Assembly (NCBI RefSeq): GCF_026571515.1
Contig: NW_026853223.1
Location: 1 to 55,238, forward strand
Length of the DNA stretch: 55,238 nt
Origin: Ruditapes philippinarum
Taxonomy: Eukaryota
Reading direction: 5' to 3'
Positions 51,596 through 55,238 of the stretch are shown here, piece after piece. A program made the translations under genes and the position numbers. Below the pieces are notes generated by a model. That model saw only the letters and a list, made by a program, of their open reading frames with translations, did not search any database and was not told the DNA's origin. Numbering within the stretch: the stretch's first letter is position 1; each line of letters opens with the position of its first letter.

Positions 51596-51735
51596 AGTTA
51601 TAAAGATTGTTGACAGGTTATATGGCCCTATATAAACGGCTGTTTGTAAATATAACCCGAGCCGGTAGGCGAGGGTTATATTGTAAACAGCCGTTTATAT
51701 ACGGCCTTATAATCTGTCAACAATCTTTATATAAC
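51596..51735. mobile_element. palindromic MITE-like element
   Basis: TATAAAGATTGTTGACAG...TATAAACGGCTGTTT..AATATAACCC-GAGCCGGTAGGCGA-GGGTTATATT..AAACAGCCGTTTATA...CTGTCAACAATCTTTATA. Confidence 0.8.
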
Positions 51736-52140
51736 GAATTTATAATACAGCAAACATTATTTTTTAGAGAAAAAAGTAAGATTTCTTCATGAATCGACAA
51801 CAGTCGTGGATATAAAACTATATTAACGTCACGATTATCCAATGAAAAGCGACGTTACAAACGTGCAGTATTATAAAAGAAAAATATCGGTTTAGTATTC
51901 TTGTTCTGTTTATCTGTATTTTAAGAATGGGAAATTGTATCAAATAAGATACTTGTTCGTGACATATTTTCAAACAATGTCCGGCAAGCATGTCTTATTT
52001 GAATGTATATCTAACCTTAACTCTGTTGAATTATATACATGCCCTGTTTTGAATTAGGCACGGTCCGATTTTCAGTGAAATCAATTTGTTATTATCACGT
52101 CTTGCTTTCAAATTAAAAAGTCGCCGTTATTTTATTTTAG

Positions 52141-52548
52141 TGTACATATGGATATTCATCTGTGTGGCCAAACGATTGCACTGAATACGTCATAACAGAA
52201 AGTCAATCAGCAAAAGATTTATTTGAGAAACTAGAATCAAAATATCAACATGGGCGATCGCCACACATGTTCTTGTGTCAAAATGGCGTGATGACTCCCA
52301 CCAGGACTTATCTAGACACACATTTCCATGGCACTCTGAAACATAAGTTGTCAATGCCAGCTACAAAGACTATCTTATACTGGGCAATGGATAAAGACAT
52401 TAGTTTTGGTGATGTGAATATAATTGTGGCTGATTTTGTTGAGTCTAGCGATTTTTGCAATAAGGTTGTTTCTATAAACACTGAAATAAAACCAAGACCA
52501 AAAAATCATAGTTTTGAACCAGAAAGTCGCGCATGCATTTTATTGTAA
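52141..52548 (+). CDS. PLCXD-like, exon 4; joined protein ~329 aa ending CILL
   Basis: ttttag|TGT phase 0; QNGVMTP and VNIIVADFVESSDFCNKVVSIN match the PLCXD C-terminal pattern. Confidence 0.88.
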   Translation, partial: CTYGYSSVWPNDCTEYVITESQSAKDLFEKLESKYQHGRSPHMFLCQNGVMTPTRTYLDTHFHGTLKHKLSMPATKTILYWAMDKDISFGDVNIIVADFVESSDFCNKVVSINTEIKPRPKNHSFEPESRACILL

Positions 52549-54467
52549 AACAACATTTGTATATTTTGTTTCTTTTGAAAATGCAAGCTAGATATATGTT
52601 AACACATCCAAGTTAGAAATGCTCTCTTTAGTTTCAAATTATCCTTATTTTAAAGCTCGACTATTCGAAGCATAGGCCGGGAGAGTTATTGTACCCCCCC
52701 CCCCCTCTAATTATCTTAAGGATTAATTTTCGTAAATATAATCAAAATTATAATTTAAATATTGGATTAAAATGCTTAAGTCACCTGATGTCTCAATTTT
52801 TTAAAAAATGTATAGCATGCTTTAAAAAGATGCAGATAATGAGCTATCACACAGGGAAAGAAACTGGGCTTATCAAACAAAAAATATACTGAATCAAATT
52901 GGCATGTCTAACGTCTGGCTACAACAAGACAATTTAAATATAAATGTATGTATCATCAAACTTAGAATTTTAGATATTTACAAACAAAATTGGTAGTCAA
53001 ACATCAATAATTCTAACAGACTCACAAGCTGGAGATAGAAAAGGGAAGGCACGATAATATTCCAAGAGAAAATAGAAAATATCGGAATTGTCCGTTAAAT
53101 TTGGTAGAAACAGAATATCATTTCTTATTAAAATGGCTAAAATATTACTAGTTACGTAGAAAGTTTTTTAAACCATATTTTTTGTAGATTGCCTACAATG
53201 CACTAAAGACAAGCACAAATATCAAAACTATTAATAATCTGGCAAGTTATAATTATGTGTTTTGAGTTTAAAGAAAGGACATAGATTTAGATGTTGGCCC
53301 TTAGTATCCATAAACACTTTTTTCTTATGAAGACTGGTAAAAGGGAGATAACTACGACAACAAATGCTTAGTATATATAATGGCTATGTCATCTTAGAAA
53401 TATCAATACATGTAATTGGTGTTTAATTGGTGGATAACGATATAATGCAACGTTAATAAATATATTTCTTCTTAGTTTCTTACATGTATAAAAAAAACTT
53501 TGTTAGATATGTCGTAACCCTTGTTTATACTCTCGGCTAACTTACTGTAACATGTAAAACTTTACACCACACAGTATGACTGTAAATTGTTTGTATACAA
53601 TTTATGTTGAATAAAATATATGTCATGTTATGTTATGAACAAATTACCTATTACTATCAAATAATGTTTGACATTTCAAAACTGTAAAAGTCCTCTTTTC
53701 ATTTTACAACTACATGTAGATACATAATAGAAATTGAAATGCTAGTTAAAACCACTTTATAAAGAAGCTGTTGTTATTGTTGATGTTACAATGTTTTAAT
53801 TATTCTGACTAAATCTAATGATTAATACTGGTGTCAGCCGGATGAAAAAATGAAATGCCGTACTGAAAAATCCTTTTTGTGTGTAGTTGTAAACTTTGTA
53901 TAGCAAACCTGTTTGCGCTTACTCAAGATGAAGCTATTCAGGACAATCCATAAAAATATGTTTGCGCAGTGTTTGAAGAATAGCGTATTTTTATCAATTT
54001 GTTTGAAAAAAAAACTAAATTAAAGTTAAGAAAAGAGTCTTAAACCTTATGCATTTAATGAATATACGCCAACAACATTTATTGCGTTCTTTAGGTGTTC
54101 GACCTATATAGACCGGAACGGAAAAAGGAAATAGATCAACAACAAAAGTTATGAGCATCATATTTATCCCCAAAGGGGAAATCCTATTTGCATGCAGTAT
54201 GAACTGCACTATGAACAAACATGAAGATCTGCAACGAGATTGTTCGTCAATAGAAAGATGTTGTGCAAAACTGAATTCCTATAGCTAACATATACATATA
54301 AATCTACATATACTTAAAACTGTTAGTTTGACAATAATTACTGTGAAGATCAACGAAAAACAAGTTCCTAGTCAGTTATATAGTAGATTTGAAAACAGAA
54401 AGAACTCTATGTTGTTGCGCCAAATATAAGAAAAAAATCCCATAAAAAAGAACGTCAAAAAAATTCA

Positions 54468-54781
54468 TATAATAAAACAATTATTGACTAGTGAGCCATT
54501 GAATATGATGTGATATTCACCGGCAGATGACATATTGACGGAGGCCTCCGTCAATATGTCATCTGCCGGTGAATATCACATCATATTCAATGGCTATCTC
54601 CGTCAATATGTCATCTGCCGGTGAATATCACATCATATTCAATGGCTCACTCCTCCGTCAATATGTCATCTGCCGGTGAATATCACATCATATTCAATGG
54701 CTCACTAAATCGCCTCGGTCAATATGTCATCTGCCGGTGAATATCACATCATATTCAATGATGTCAATAATTGTATAATAT
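54468..54781. repeat. palindromic element with one left arm and four tandem right arms (~50 bp)
   Basis: ATTGAATATGATGTGATATTCACCGGCAGATGACATATTGAC, then four copies of its reverse complement (from ~54546, 54598, 54652, 54712). Confidence 0.92.
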
Positions 54782-54874
54782 CGAATGGGCTACCGGAGGA
54801 AAGATGGTTAGCAGCAATCAATGTTGACTTTTTAATTTTGTATTAGGGCATGAAACAACGTGAACGTGATGAAT

Positions 54875-55149
54875 GCTTCGATGCATAGGCACGATTACCC
54901 ATTGAGATCGACTACCCGCCGTGATTTTTATATTTTTTTATCTATAACACACACGCTGATCAATTCATTAAATATACACAGCAGATATATCTATTTTTAC
55001 AAAAGACGTTTTGTCGGTAGATTTTTAATGAATTGATATATGTGTGTGTTATAGACAAAAAATATAAAAATCACGGCGGGTAGTCGGTCACAATGGGTAT
55101 TCGAAAAAAAACAACGTTTTTTTGCCATCAAGTGCCTATGCTTCGATGC
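54875..55149. mobile_element. MITE with ~80-bp imperfect TIRs
   Basis: GCATAGGCAC...CGACTACCCGCCGTGATTTTTATATTTTTT.TCTATAACACACAC mirrored by GTGTGTGTTATAGA.AAAAAATATAAAAATCACGGCGGGTAGTCG...GTGCCTATGC. Confidence 0.85.
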
Positions 55150-55238
55150 TGTCTGAAGACATATATCAGATGATGATCTCAAACTGAAGAAAGAAGAACA
55201 GGAATTCTGAACGTCGTAAGTGAAATGTATCAGACGTG

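Overview
AT-rich, intron-containing animal genomic DNA; the repeat landscape and gene families suggest a bivalve mollusc (inference). Nothing prokaryotic or CRISPR-like is present. Five protein-coding loci can be assembled by hand. (1) A two-exon ~1009-aa family-B/Methuselah-like GPCR with a somatomedin-B-like Cys-rich ectodomain (+, 12505-20116). (2) A two-exon prolyl-4-hydroxylase alpha-like gene that has lost the HxD iron motif (-, 26129-24064), followed by a partial tandem duplicate. (3) A multi-exon minus-strand gene (about 36328-28419) largely invisible in the ORF track: putative myristoylated N-terminus, Tyr-motif-rich disordered region, two RIG-I/MDA5-type CARDs and a coiled coil, with no helicase; a 611-bp TA-flanked TIR element sits inside the CARD1 exon. 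(4) A single-coding-exon B-box plus NHL-like propeller gene (+, 45427-46605). (5) A four-exon PI-PLC X-domain gene lacking the second catalytic His and ending in a CaaX box (+, 48548-52548). Also present: a 5'-truncated LINE, tRNA-derived SINEs, several foldback/MITE elements, two minisatellites, microsatellites and a 383-nt assembly gap. All gene models are manual splice reconstructions without transcript evidence.
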